64,000 nucleotides of DNA from Perna viridis (Eukaryota), in assembly GCA_037379345.1 (NCBI GenBank), contig CM074520.1, positions 13,619,488 to 13,683,487 on the forward strand, written 5' to 3'. This document shows, one piece after another, positions 1-14,502 of this stretch. A program made the translations under genes and the position numbers. Within the stretch, counting starts at the first letter, position 1; each line of letters opens with the position of its first letter. The notes beneath the pieces were generated by a model. The model did no database searches. It was given only the letters and a program-made list of their open reading frames with translations, and was not told the DNA's origin.

Positions 1-80
1 CATCCGCCTCGCCACCGAAGACCATCCGCTTCGCCACCCAACACCATCCGCCACCAAAGACCATCCGCCACCAAAGACCA
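1..80. repeat. Degenerate C-rich short tandem repeat (core ACCATCCGCCACCAAAG), truncated by the window edge
   Basis: About 4 imperfect copies of ccatccg(c/ttc)gccacc..agac visible at the window start. Confidence 0.7.
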
Positions 81-114
81 AAAATACACGTCTAAGATTT
101 GCAAGATTACAAAA

Positions 115-185
115 AGAATTCCCATGTAACTAGGTATGAATTATTCCATAGAATTTCCATGTAACTAGGTATGAATTATTCCATA
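115..185. repeat. 35-bp direct tandem duplication
   Basis: agaatt(c/t)ccatgtaactaggtatgaattattccat occurs twice in tandem. Confidence 0.85.
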
Positions 186-569
186 ACGTAATATCTTTGT
201 TTTAGGTTACTTTTACTTGAAAGATAGTTGGGTCGTATTAAAAAATGCATCAAATATTCTTTAAAAATAATGAAAACTTGTTATGAAACTTAAAGACTAT
301 AAGAAAAATCATTAACAAAATGTGAAATTACTCAAATTTGTGGCAATTTAACAGCATAATTTTCTTAGCACATATGCAGAAAATTTACTTGTTTGGAAAT
401 TCTTTTTTTTAAATAAGTATTGCATATTTGCTGGGCATAAAAATTAAAAAAGGGATTAAACAGGCATGGCATTTAGGAAAGATTAGAAGATGTTAAAAAT
501 AGAAAATATTCCAGGATAGATATACCTATGCAACAAAGAACATGAATTAACAAAAATCACACACACGTA

Positions 570-800
570 GAAACAAAAGTTACTGAGTAATCGGATTTCA
601 CTAAAAACTTGGAATATGGATCATGTGCATCGGTAGGGTAAGCGTCCTCTGCTTTTCTGGAAACACCTACCGAGTTGCTCACAAAATATCGCCCGGGTAG
701 ACCAAAGGAAAACTATGAAATAGTGAACATATCGGTTCATGGCAAAGACGGAAACACCATATTGGTCCATGAGTTCACGGTGACACAAAAATACCAATCA
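570..800. mobile_element. Decayed fragment of a common bivalve interspersed repeat (possibly a Penelope-like element end)
   Basis: The segment cggtagggtaagcgtcctctgcttttctggaaacacc resembles, from memory, an abundant Mytilus repeat motif (ggaagggtaagcagttcctgctccactagtggcacc). Not verified by search. Confidence 0.35.
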
Positions 801-944
801 TATATATTGCAAATTTCGATATGCTTTACAGGTGTTTCAAAGAGTAACTTCTCATTTGCAGCATTAGAAATAAATATATAGGAAGATCTAAATCCAAACA
901 TTAATTGCATACAATAAGTACTTAAAACCAAAACTATCTAAATA

Positions 945-1232
945 GGAAGTCAAATCTATCACTGAGAGGTTCTACCATGAGGAAGCCAAATCTATCACTT
1001 AGAGGTCCTACAATGAGGAAGCCATATCTATCACTGAGAGGTTCTACCATGAGGAAGCCATATCTATCACTGAGAGGTTCTACCATGAGTAAGCCAAATC
1101 TATCAATGAGAGATTCTACCATGAGGAAGCCAAATCTATGACTGAGAGGTTCTACCATGAGGAAGCCAAATCTATCACTGAGAGGTTCTAACATGAGGAA
1201 GCCAAATCTATCAATGAGAGGTTCTACAATGT
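945..1232. repeat. Minisatellite, 36-bp unit x8 (ggaagccaaatctatcactgagaggttctaccatga), intronic in the INF2-like gene
   Basis: Eight consecutive copies starting at 945, 981, 1017, 1053, 1089, 1125, 1161 and 1197. Explains the repetitive ORF 934..1236. Confidence 0.95.
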
Positions 1233-2539
1233 GCAATACAATGAATGAAGCCTCAGTGCTTAAGGTATTTTGAAATTTGTAATTTAGGAAGCTCTTTGAA
1301 AAGGATATGATACGACACTCTTAGGTCAAAGAAATCAGTGTATTGTCGATCAGTTAGAGAGACAACATAATAACCCGTCGGTGGTCTAGGAATACAATTA
1401 GGTCACAGGGAGTCGCACCTACTGCAAAGAATCTAAACGACGTTTATTTAGCTAAATCGCCTAAGCTTTTAAATGTATTAATATCATTTTATTGAAACAT
1501 GTTTCGATTAATAACGAACTATGAGTTAAGATAATAACTTTTACTCGGGTTATCGACATTTCATGACAGACTGGTCACGAAGAAATTCTCTAGAGAAAGT
1601 AATACTTGATGTGTTTCATTTCAGAAACCTTTTGAATTAGATCTATCCAATCTTGACTGTTACATGCATAACAAGAAATGAAGAACTGCGTATAGTCTCC
1701 ATGAATTGGCAGAAAGGTCTACAATACATGTATTATACCGATATGAAAGTACAGACAAATTCTCAACAATATCAACCGTGAATCGAATCCTGATAATGTA
1801 ATCCAACGCTCTACAAACTGTGTACTGGAAGCACACTCGATTACTTGATTAATTGGATATGGTATATTAACTTTTAGGGGTGTTAAAGCAGTGGCTTCAG
1901 CAAAACTATATAGCTTGTATAGTACTCCTATATAAGTATCGACTTACAGTTAAAGTGAGCTATGTATATGATTCTATGATTCAATTCCCGTTTTGTTTTG
2001 ATCTTATTTGTTTAATTTTTTGACAGGGTAGTTCTCAGATGCATATTTTATGTTACTATATTTATTATAATAAATCATATTTTAAAGGAAAAAAATGTTA
2101 AAGAAAATTGTATTTAACCCCCGGGATTAAGTACGTAAAGCTTAACAAATGAAACCTCTGGAAGGTGTGTTTTGTATGTGTCGTGGCATACATTTACTAC
2201 CCATTTGATAATTTATTTTAGGAGGTTACGGTCTTTATTATCCTTGTGGATCTCCCATGACTGCTTACATATTTCTCTTGTGTGAACACATATCTTATGA
2301 CATGCTAAAAATTGATCGACCTAAATACAACGTCCATACATTGCCGGGTAGTAAGAGTTTACATATACGATGAAAGGGAGATAACAATTTTTCCGTCAAA
2401 ATAAAATATCGGCAAAAACCAAGCGATGATGCATTTTTGCAGGAAAAAGTAGCGCGTTTCTATAATAATTGCTGCAGCTTAAACTGTACTAAGCTTTATA
2501 CCGTATTTTATTATAGGATGTTGTGTACAAAAAGACCAT

Positions 2540-2805
2540 ATGGGCCGTTTGGTTCTGAGGGGGGGCCCTGCCAGTTTTGGTGGGAAGAAAATTTTTATTT
2601 TCGAAAATTTGCGAATCAGAAAATTTATTTTCAAATTCTATTCCGCTAGATTACGAGTATTTCTTTTCTTTATGCTGTACAGTGGAATATGGGTCCAGAA
2701 AATCTATCTATTTTTTTTCTAGGTAGTAGAGGCCAGAATATTTATTTCCATTTTTTACAGGCCAAGATACTGCCAATCTCCCTCTCAGAATCAAATGATC
2801 GTGCG
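2540..2805. mobile_element. MITE-like element with imperfect ~20-25 bp terminal inverted repeats
   Basis: Left ccgtttggttctgagggggg versus right ctccctctcagaatcaaatgatcg (reverse complement cgatcatttgattctgagagggag). Internal cagaaaatttattt-like repeats x3. Confidence 0.6.
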
Positions 2806-2895
2806 CTGAAGAATATTAATATTGATAATTTTGGATCTAGATGATTGAAGAAAACAAACAGAATCGTTGGGCACGAAGCACAAATGATTACTTAC

Positions 2896-3532
2896 CTTTA
2901 ATTAACTTTTTGGTATCGTTCTCTTCTCTAACCAGGTAATCCATGCCAAGTTTAGAATTGATGACATGTTTGATACAGTCAACTACTTCTAACAGCAATA
3001 AGGCATCAGCTAGCTGATATACCCGACCGCTACTGAGAGTGTCTACGCAGTCGAGTAATACAGATAGACCCTCAGCCTCCAAAAAACCTTGGATCCAGCT
3101 TTTATCACTTGTTCTTATTTTTTTGTTTATCATTCCGACAGTTTTTACAGTGGGAAGATGCAACATTTTTACACAAATTTCAGGTTCGCAGTTCTCGAAA
3201 TCTGGATTTAGCAAAGCTTCACTTATTCGGTCTTTAAGCCTAAACTTCTTTCTAGAACCTCCTGACGACTCGTCTGTTCTGCCATCACTGTCATAGCTTG
3301 CTGCGTCTTTTTCGTCTTCTTTAATCATATCTTCGTCATGCATTTTATCTGTATTATGAAGTTCTACCGTTACCTCGTTTCCCATCTGTTCTGTGGTATC
3401 ACTTAATGCAATAGCCCTCGGACTATCAACCTCGTCGCCCACCAAATCCTTCTTTTTACTACTCTTTTTCTTCTTCTTTCGATGAGATAATCGATAGACG
3501 GCATTTCTCAGAGACCTGAACAGGGTAGCCAT
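2896..3532 (-). CDS. INF2: Inverted formin-2-like protein, first coding exon (N-terminal DID/GBD-FH3 armadillo region); gene continues beyond the left edge
   Basis: Translation DFENCEPEICVKMLHLPTV...SDKSWIQGFLEAEGLSVLLDCVDTLSSGRVYQLADALLLLEVVDCIKHVINSKLGMDYLV resembles the human INF2 N-terminus (NLESADPELCIRLLQMPS...[36 protein letters not shown]). Acceptor ttctttcag precedes 3548, ATG at 3532, phase-1 donor G|gtaagt after 2896. Could be an INF2-like paralogue rather than the strict orthologue. Confidence 0.8.
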
Positions 3533-6500
3533 GTCGGTATGTTGATTTCTGAAAGAACCCAAGCATACAGTGAAATATAAATAAAGTTATTTAAATAGGG
3601 TGTAGTTTAGTTTTGAATAACTTACGACTATTATTTAGGTTTATTTAATTTCCACCTGGTTATTTATATTACAGAATATGATGATAAGATCTATAAAGGC
3701 TCCTTATAACTCTTCACCGAAATTCGGGAACTTCAAGTCATATGGGTGAAGCATAAAAGATATATGGGTTTAAACAAGTCCCTCCCTTATACCTGAAATT
3801 AAACTCCATTACTTCCGTAGCTCATATTGCTATTATTTTGCTGAAAAAATACACTTAATGTAAGTGTACGCATTTTTATAGTGTGTATACTGACCGTCTT
3901 CAAATACATATAAATATGTAAGCAAAATTACAAATAAATTAATCAGAAAAGTTCGACAATGTTTACTACATACATTTCTCTACAATTTACCTGTTCTAAA
4001 GGTAGATACAACTTTCACGTCTATTTCCGGATTGTAAGGTCAAATATTTTGTTATCTATTCAATGAAATTCCGACTGTCTGTAGAAGGCCCTTTAGGCAG
4101 TCAATACAATGATATGAACAAGGATAATTGAAGTCAAAATCTTCATTATGTATTTTCATTGAATATGTTACACAAAGAGGATGCGTTGTGATTTTTAAAG
4201 AGATTATAGTGTATCATACACATTTATAGGTATCAGATTTTTAAATTTAGTGAATTATGTGGTATATATCCGTAAAATGAATTATACAATTGCGAATTAA
4301 GGTATTTTGTTTAATCTTACATTATCATTTTTGAATCATCTACTAATGGTTGGACTGCATTATGAAGAAACTTTTAGTGACACGTTTTAAAAAGAGTTTC
4401 TCCCATCAAACCAATATTGTAAAAAAATTAAGATTTCATTACTTATTTTTCTTGCATTCACTTTCGTGGTCAAATTGGTTTTACCGTGGCCTCAACCTTA
4501 TTAAAATTATATCCATAACTTGACATGTCTTGGCAAATGTCAGATATCGCACATTTCAATCAGATTGATGTCCCTCCACCTCTCAATCAAAGATTTTTTC
4601 TTGGACTACTGGTATTTTTACGCCTCTCATCCTATGTTTCATGATTTGTCAATAATTATCGCCCATGCACAAATTACTCATAGTAGTTAACAAATAAAAG
4701 GTTCGAGTTGTACTGTACGTATAAAGGAGTGGGCAACATAGAAAGTTGTCTGGATTGGAATGTGGCGACATTGAAGTAACAGAAGATTATAAACGTTATC
4801 ACATTCAAACAAATAGTGCGTGTATCGTTGTTGACAAAAGTCTTGACAAATGAAATATGACCTGTTTTAAAGTTTGTCAATTCAGGATCATAACACTTTT
4901 AAGAGCTGTCCCATTTACTAATACGTTTTTTTTTCAATCATTTTTGCGTAAGTATCTTCAATATGTTGCATACAGTGGCATTAATTCATTTAAAAATCAA
5001 AAGATCATTTTAATCTTTTTTTATCCCACCTTTTTTTCATCTCCATTTGGCATGTTTTCATCTCCAATGATTTTTCACTGGGTTCCTTCAATTTGGATTT
5101 TCGAAAATTACATAATATGCTAACTAGTTCCTAAGCGTTGATGGACATATTGGAGCATCCTTTCTTGTACTGTTCGACATTAAATAGATTGTTACTAAAA
5201 CCATAGTCCTGTGTTTGACTTCAGGTATTTACTAAATCTGAACACTAATACTCCATTTGACATGACCCATACCCTTAGGGTATTTGAACCGTAAGCGTAC
5301 AATATATTTGTGTGGAGTGTACGCGTATGTTCGTAGCACTGTATAACATGATCTAAACATACTTTTATATATCTATAAAAAAAGAAAACAAAAAACAAAA
5401 CAAAAAAAAAAAAAAAAAAAAACAGATGGCTAAGTGCAGTTCCCCTAAATTAATACTACCTTATCATACACGAGTAGCATTTAATTTACATTCTACTTCT
5501 AGAAAGTAGTAAGTCTTTCCACGTATTCTCGTACATGTATTTTATATCACAGGATAAATACACACATTTAATGAAGTATAATTATGCAAACTGTCGAAAT
5601 TGTTATGTAATTATAACATGTACGATTTACATAATTATCAAAACACCGACCTGTTTGTTCCTGCCATCCTCCACCTGAATAATTGTACAACTCTCAAAAA
5701 AAAAAACGCAAGTACTTCGCTATAATTATTCCCAAGTTGAACAACTTGTCTATATGTGATCACCGAACTATTGATTTATGTCAGTTTGTCAGATAAAACC
5801 TTAAGATTTGTCTTATGATGTGAAAATTCTTGATTCCGTTTCAATAACTTGTCATTTTAAGTTCAGTTTGAAATATTTTGTAATACGCTATAAAAATAAC
5901 GACTACTAATATCTGTCTCGATTGGCACTTCACTGCAAGTAAATAACCATCAATCAGTCTCACAGAATATTGACGAACTAATAATATCTCCGGCGTGTCA
6001 TGTGGATAAAATATCTGATGACACTTTGCTGCGTCCAACGAATTCTACCAATGTTGATGTTATTCCATGTACATTTTTCATTACATGTACTAAATAGCGT
6101 CACCAGAGCATTGGAAAGTAACTCAACTATAAAGTATGCAAGCATCTTGGGCTAGACGAATCATAGTCATAAGAAATACTTAAGGTAATTTAAGTCCTAT
6201 GCATAAGTGTTCTATAGGAAATCATAATGAAATAAGAATGAGAGGATATAGCCCCTTTCCTCCTAACACTTTGTTTTAATGGTTTTTCATTGCTTGGTTC
6301 GATTTACAAAAAAGATGGAAATTTTCAGAAAAGATCAGGGTATTTTTAAAGATAAAGAATTAATTGAGTTGAAATTTCTAATTCAATTCTGCCAGAGGAC
6401 TAACCTGACTTACTTAGATTTTTAAAATGAGGGGGAAAAAACAGCTACGAGCCTTCAATGAATGGAAAATACCCGGACCTCCGTTAGGTCCCTGAAATAT

Positions 6501-9500
6501 TACAACGATTCAGTGAAGTATATATAACATTTTTTTAATATTGTTCCATGTGTCAAGCCGATACATCGAACAGGAAAGCTCGGGGCAATAATTGGTCGAT
6601 ATAGGCTCTAACAACTTCCGATTTAGTTGCATTGATAGAACTGCATGATAAGACAAGTAGAATAAAAACTGCTCAATTATTTGTGGTGCACTTACCTTCA
6701 TGATGATCCACATTTTTGTATTGCTTCGTGTCTGTAATGCAGCAATATATCCGTGAATACAATTGTCTTCTGTGCAAAGAAGTCCAAGGCGTGAGGATGG
6801 CTTTTCAAATATTCTCTGTATCTACCAACTTTCAGAGCCGGTACTAAGACAAAAATCTTCTTTTCTTTTCTTCACTAACTGTCTACAAAATTCGAACACG
6901 AAATATTTTAAACGTGTATCGTCTAATCTGAAGAAACACGTGTTATTATTTCGTTTTGTCAAAAAAAAATCCGTCTAATTCATAGTGATGCCCCGCCAAA
7001 AAATAATGATCCCACCTATCAGGAAGAGGGAAATGTTTACGTGCTGGTTAGGTGCACTGTAAAGAATATCCCACGTAATGAATCTTTTTATCAAAGCTAC
7101 CTACCCAGGTATTCACGTAATTATCTTGTTTATTTTAACCTGTAAATACCTTGTTCATTTTAAACTGTTTATTTAAAACTGTCTCTTTGACTTTGCTAGG
7201 TGAAAACAAAAGCTTTGCATTGCAAAAAAAAAAAGAAAACTTTTATAGTTTTAAAATTTGAAAAGACCCGTATAAGTACATGTAGCCACCTATGCTTAAG
7301 GAGAGATGAATCACCTATATTATGTATACAATAATTTACGAAAAGTGCATTTTAGATATCTTGTTTAATATTATTAATTCAAAAGCAGTTGTAAAGTGTT
7401 TTAAAGGGAAAATTTTACTTTTAGTATATAAACTACACCATTTAGGGTTTAGTCGGAAAGCATGATGTTGCTTTGCCGGCGCGCGATATGAAGTTAAATC
7501 CGGTGAAGAATTTTCTTTTAGGGTAAGATGCCGGGCGTAAGATGAAAGGATTTTAGAATACATAAATTTGAGTGGACATTTCTTGACAATTTTAAATTGA
7601 ATGAGAATATTTGTACGCAAAGTGAGTTCTAAGTAACAAACTAGCCTGCCTAAAATCATGCTGCTCCTTGTTAACCAAGTGTGATACAGAAGCGCATGGC
7701 TTCTTAAAATGGTGGAGTCAATAAGGCCTATTTCAGGCTCAACAATATGAAGTATTTTCAGTTTCAGGGGAAATGAACATTTATAAATTGTTAACTTGAT
7801 TAGGACTTGCAAGTTATCTTCAAAAACAGTGAATGTTAATCAGAAAGTTGTACTATTTTGTACATTTACAACATACACACTTTTTTGGGTTTATTGACCT
7901 TATTGACTAGACCTCTTTTTTTATTTTAGTTTATTACCTTACCGTTCATGCATCATTCCTTGTCATATTGGTATAAAATACATAGTCACGGAAGCAAGCT
8001 AAATATAATGTTCTTGTTATTTTAGGGTTAAGCCAATTTTCACCGATTTTACCGTATACATGTTCTTGTATACTGAAAAAAATAAGCTTATATGGAAACT
8101 CATGGTTTATATTCAAGTCGCTCCGCTTTGTGAAGTGTCGACCACTGATTATTTCGGCACTCCGCATGAAAAGCCATTTCAAGTTTTAGAATCGACTGAT
8201 CTATTAATGGTTGATTTAACTACATCTTGCACTTGTGGTGAACACTCTGTCAGAGGTTGAATCAAAGGCTTCTTGAACTCGTGACACATATAAGTTCAGA
8301 CTCTTACTCTTGTGTTGAACTTTCAGTTTTCGAATAGACTCCTCAGCCTTGCACTCGTAGCAATTACTCTGAGCCTCTTGAACTCTTGGCGAATGCTGTG
8401 TTTGGAGGTTGATCCCCAGAGTCTTTTGTGATCGTGGCGAATTTCCTATTTTGAGATGACCCCTTAGCCTCTTTCATTCGTGAGAGATTTCTGTCTCCAC
8501 TGTCTCTTGCACTCTTGGATAACACTATCCCAACCAGAACGGTCAATTATAGTTCATTTCGACTGACGACGGGCACGTTAAGGTATTGTCTTTTCATATC
8601 ACATATTTATTTACTAAGGTGATGAGGCTGTTGAATATTGATAGCTCAAAATTTTATCACCCATACGAATCAAATACTTCAATTCGCGCCATGATAACAA
8701 AAGATTATAATCGGTAATCCACTCAAATACTCTAGCTGTCAGATTGTGGACTTCTTGATTTTTGTTTGTTGTTATTGTGGTTATGCGTGACGTCCTTGGT
8801 CTTAGAAAATCGAGTCTTTTGTTTTGTTTTGTTTTGTTTTGTTAGTTTGTTTCATGGTTAATGTAAGAAAAGAACATACAAAAATAGTATATAAAACTGT
8901 GAACACTATCGGAGTAAAAATACTTCAAAAATTTAGTGTTGTTTTTTTTTCTAGCGGTTCGAATCATGCATGGTCGAATAAACTTCTATACTTACTCCAA
9001 TCTAACCATGACATTTGTATTTCATAATATATATATATTTTGGCAATTTTATGTAGCCATCAATCTGGCAGTATTAGTTTTGCCAAAAGTTGTTCGAACC
9101 TTGCAACCTTGCAACTCTCAAGTGTTTTATTAAGATATTGCCAGGATCGGAGGGAATTCGGACGATTACTTCCCAAAGTATTTTAAAAAAATATAACAAA
9201 AAATGGAATGAAATTCCAAATAAGATTGAAAAAGAAAATGAGTGCTCACCTAAATTAGCGTTTTATCCGAAATATCCACAAAATATGGCACATACCCGTC
9301 AACTGTGTAACCAATATACATATGAGCGTCAGTGATGGAGGCTCACTTGCTTTGACTGCAGAGTATCATGCTAGCTCTACTATCTATCTATGTCCATATG
9401 AAGTCTAATGCATATTCAATTCATGTATTCATAATTTGACAAGTTTGTCCGGATTTTATGGTGACGATTTTTTAATATATAACTTGTAAGCGAGAGAATG

Positions 9501-9843
9501 ACACTTGAAGGTGATATGGAAAAAATAACCACATGAATAATACATTTTTACACAGAACTAAACATTCAAACTTGATACATTTATAGCACTATAAAAACCG
9601 TATTTATCACTCTTATGTGATTATTTCAACAACAAACAGTTCTATCATAGGTGGTGGTAAAATGAGTGCTATACGAGAAATGGGAGAGGTTATTTTTCTC
9701 TTTTATGAATTCCTTTTTAAATGTTTCTGGACAACAAATTAATTAATGATTTCAAATGCCTGTTAAGTTATCAACGTGTGCTTTATAAATATCTACATGT
9801 ACTTGACACGTATTCATATAATGAACCTTTAAAGTACACATAC

Positions 9844-10018
9844 CAATGGCGGATCTAAGATTTCAGGTTGGGGGCATGAATAGAACTAATGGCCGAGCTA
9901 AGCGATGCAAGAACATTTTGGGGGTATAACTTTGTGAAAAACAAAGTTTTCATACAATTAATCCCCATCCAATTTTAGGTGGCGAATGCAGAGTCCGATC
10001 CCTATAAATCAGCGCCTG
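9844..10018. mobile_element. Degenerate short non-autonomous DNA transposon (ca.tggcggatc...atc.gcgcctg type)
   Basis: Ends caatggcggatct and aaatcagcgcctg are imperfect inverted repeats. No TSD retained. Confidence 0.4.
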
Positions 10019-13000
10019 TATAATTGCTTTTGTCGGTATTCAAATAGATGAAACGAAGTACGAGATTCATAGTCACAGAATGACGCAACTATCTAACAAA
10101 TAAGTCTTTCAAGTATTCTATATTTTCTGAGGGAATTGGGTAAACCTCTGGATATTTTGTTCCAAAGTTTAAGAAATGGTGGAAAAACTTTCTTCCAGCA
10201 GTTTCAATGAGCAATACACTTGATACCCAAATTCTTAGGCAGCTTCTTTACCAACATGTCTGTCTTGAAATGTTAGGGAAAAATATCGATGTAGAAATAA
10301 AAACATTTATCAGCTTACCTCGCTCATTATCGGGAAATTAAAGTGACTCCAGCAGAACATGTATCTGGTATGATATACATTGAATGTGAAATGGCTACAG
10401 GTTTGACATAGATGCTAATTTAATCTGCGATTTCTCTGTTTTCAGTATGATTACACCTAATAATGTAGTTTACATTAGGAATTATGTAGTCAACTTGCAA
10501 AAAATAGATAAATACAGTTTACATAATGTATCCGTCTAGTTTAACAACAAGCGCAGACGAGGGTGGTGCAAAGAAAATGAGTGTAAAATTTGTTGAACTT
10601 TGAAGTTAAATTACATTTGTTTTCACCAGACTATTTGTTTTACTTGTTTTTTTTTATACTGTGTATAGAATGTATGTATAATTAAGGACCGTCATCCTCT
10701 GTTCTCGTTTTATGAATGTATCATCTATTGTATTATTTTATTGTTTTCCATGCCAGCTACACTCATACTACTAGGTTGATCTGAATGGAACATTTCAAAA
10801 ACTTGTTTAAAGAATTTACTTGTTTGGAGAAAAGGATCTTAGTGTTACCCAATATTTAATTTGTCCTGCTTTTTACAGTTTGCAACATTGTGTTCAATGT
10901 TTGAAAGATTTGATTGAACATTTTTTTAGATAAGCTTGCAAAGAACAGATAGACAGACAGACAGACTAGAGAATCGCCGTATACGCCAGACTCTATAAGG
11001 AAGTAAAAGTTTTGTTACTTTCCAACAAAACTTGTTACGTTTTAAACTTTACACTGTGAATAAGTTTTATAGAAGGGCTTGTCTTCACAACATCGTCTAA
11101 ACAGATAATATTGTTTGTTAACAGTTTTTTTACGATAGGGTCATCTAAGGTTTGTGACATATTGCCCGGGTCCTTGGATCAACTGATTAATGCATGACTA
11201 ATTTGTGTGAAATGAATGTTCACAATTGTACTGGACAGTAAGCTATAATTAAAACCACAGTCTTACAACTTCTTGTTGTAAACTCAAATTTTCACATCAA
11301 AATGATGTTGGGTCTACCAGTATCATTTATTTATGCAAACCTTGCAACCAATTAAACTGTCAATGAAACCAATTAATTTCTGCAGGGGAAGCATTCCATC
11401 TGTTCGCATCCTCTGACGTTTCTTTGGAAAAAAGGGCATGATGTAGTTTAAATGTTGAATTTAAGGAAGATATAAAAACAATGATAATAGAAATAATGAG
11501 AAAAATCGGGTATGGATTCATATAGGAAATGAAATTGAACTCAACATGTTTTATTTTGCAAATAATTAACTTGCATAAATTATAAGGAAAAACAGAGCTT
11601 CACTTTGCTAAGCCATATTAAATCCTTCACAAAACTCATACCCAATTAAAACAATCTTACAAGCTTACTATTTCTGTCTGATGTGTTACAAGGGATGAAT
11701 ATATCCCTACTTTTGCATGACTTTTGTTACCAAATGAAAGTATTTTAAAATGTAAGAAGTTGGTTTTGCATCAGAATTTTTCTTCTGCATTAAATTTCAT
11801 ATTTTAAAATTATTGAAATGGAACAAAACTAAATGTGCAGGTGTAGTTATGTCTCATTATATATGTTCCTAATACAATAAAATATTACATGTACTAGTAC
11901 TTTAGTAGCACTGACTCATTCACATTGCCTAGTTTTGTTTAAAGCAACATAAATGTGGAGAACATTCTCAAAATAGCTGTTGATTTGCTGTTTAAAAGAG
12001 CCTTTATTTTTTTTTTACATAAAACTTAATAAAGTTATTAATTATTTATAGTATTCGTTAATTTTTTGTCTTTCTTGTTCTTAATGAGTACAAAGAAGGA
12101 AGAAATTTTCTTCACTTTCAATTTGCCCAGAGTTGCATGCTGTGCATGAATGTTCTGAAACATGGATCTATTTCTATCATTAAAAATGGAACTTGTCTGC
12201 ATTTTTGAAATGACAGCATGTTTGCTACTATCTTGTGTGTTCCTTAAAAAAATCTAGTTTGAAAATGGACATATTTTTTAGTTTTTACTTTGAAAATTCG
12301 TCTTTGATCTATTATTCTTCATTTTAGATTCTTCACTTCATTTTTTGACAGTGATATTTTTATGAAACATGCATGAATATCTGAGGCTATTCAGTAGGTT
12401 CCTTAGTATTTTTTTCGGAGGATTGTAGTTTTTTAGTTGCATTGTAAGTTTTATATAGTAATGTTTCCTCTGAGGAATATTTATGATCTAGAAAATTTAT
12501 AACTGGAAAATGAATCAAAGTTTTAGGAGAAGCCTATGTCTGTTCTGCATGTCACACATCATTAGATACATTGCCGTTTTCTCCCAAAATTTTAAAATTA
12601 ATTTCAAAAGTAGATTTTCAAATGGGTCACTGTCTAGTAACTGGTCATACAGCTACCTAGAAGATGGAACATCCTTTTGTGATGTGAAATTTAGGGTTTA
12701 GTTATAAGACTCCTACCAAGTATATGTTCAGGAATACACAAAAAAAGACTAACCACTGCTATTTAATATTCTTTATTGATTATTTTACTTATTTTTGAGT
12801 AGGGAAAGACCAGTTTCTATAAATAACTTATTCATATGTACACAGTTATAAAACATGTCAAAGTAATTACAAATTACACAAAAATAACATAGGACGGACA
12901 ATCTCCCAATTGTACATATAAAATATCAGTGAAATTTACACCAGATCATAGGTCAGAACAGTTTAAAAGTATCTGATTTGTTTAGTGTGCCTATATTAAA

Positions 13001-14502
13001 AAGCAACAATTTGAATCAATTAAAAGTTATGGAATGCTCACATTGAACATTGTTTACTCTTATAAAATTGACAACCTAAAACAAGCCACTAGCATAATCT
13101 CTATATTTGAAATATATAACTTTTTGCCAAAATGACTAGCATTCCTCTTAATTTTACCTATAAATATATCAAAAGATGTTTACAAAACACTTTGATTAAA
13201 TTCCTGACAACTGTAAAAAGCTGATGAGTTATACAAAAAATCCAAATCCATCCCAATGATTTGACTGTATACACTGAATTTTCCCACTGTTTAAAAATTA
13301 AATCTTGTTTTAAATATCGTTATGGACTTTGTGAAAAATATAGAACCAAATAAAATATATATGAATTGAATTTTATAAAGCCAAAAAATAAAATAATGCC
13401 TTACAACTCACACTAAATACGTAGTAGAGTGTAAATGTGTATCATTAAGTATACATGTATGTGTCAATCATTTCTATGAAAATGAAATTTATTTTTAAAG
13501 TAAAAAAAAAGTCAAATGCACTACATAACAGGTACTAAATGCAGTATTTTAGCATGATACACCAATCAATACTAATTGTAAAGCAGATGGATCTACAATA
13601 TAATTTTACAATAAACCGTGATGGTGATTCTTTTTGTCTGCACCCAAGAATTAGTTTGTCCACAAAAGTTTTAGCCTGAATTCATAATTCAAAGTGACGT
13701 CAGGTCGAAAGATGTAACTCTTTCTTATTTTCAAAATTCTAATTCCGATATTATAATTAATATTTCAAACAGGAATATATTTCTTTTGCACTATGTATAA
13801 AACATTGCAATGTGATATAGAGTATTTCAAAGATATCTTTGACTAAATTGTATTTATATTTGTGGTTTTCAGGGTTTGGTAAAATTTCCTGAAATTTCAG
13901 TGGGGTACATTTTAAGTTGATGAAACAAATTTCATGAAACAAATTATGTAGTACACAAAGAAAATTTCATAGAACCCCAAAAAATGGATAACAATATCTA
14001 TAAGATGTGTCAATGATTTCCAATAGTATAGATGGATCTTAAATTAATTCTAACAATATCTAAATAATTAGCATATGCAAATGATCTTTTAAGTACCTTC
14101 AGAAGAATCATATAAGTCTATATATAGATAAACCAGAACTACTAGTTTATATAGAAACACCTAGCTAATATTAAAACTGAAGTGAAAGTATTGCATTCAG
14201 TGCTACAAATTTTCTAAATTTTATGGTTTAGAAAATTTTAAAATGCAAACAGTTTTGATGGTCAAATGACATCTGGATTTCAAAACTCAATGAATAAATT
14301 GAAAACCAATAAAATGAGAACAATACTAACACAAAAGAGAAATGAATTTGCAATTGGAGATTTGCCAAGTTATTATGGACATGAAATATGAATGATTTGA
14401 TAATAAAAATGTAAAAATGGAGAAAAAATGTTCGTTGTTATGCTGCAAAGCTTTGCTACTGGCTAAAGTCTTATCTACTATATATTAAATTAATAAAATT
14501 CC

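Noticed and set aside
934-1236. Regularly spaced repeats as a CRISPR array or repeat protein
   Set aside because: Head-to-tail units with no unique spacers, eukaryotic intron context, and no cas genes.
7336-7812. 158-aa minus-strand ORF
   Set aside because: Non-ATG start, no recognisable domain or splice context; probably chance or a repeat fragment.
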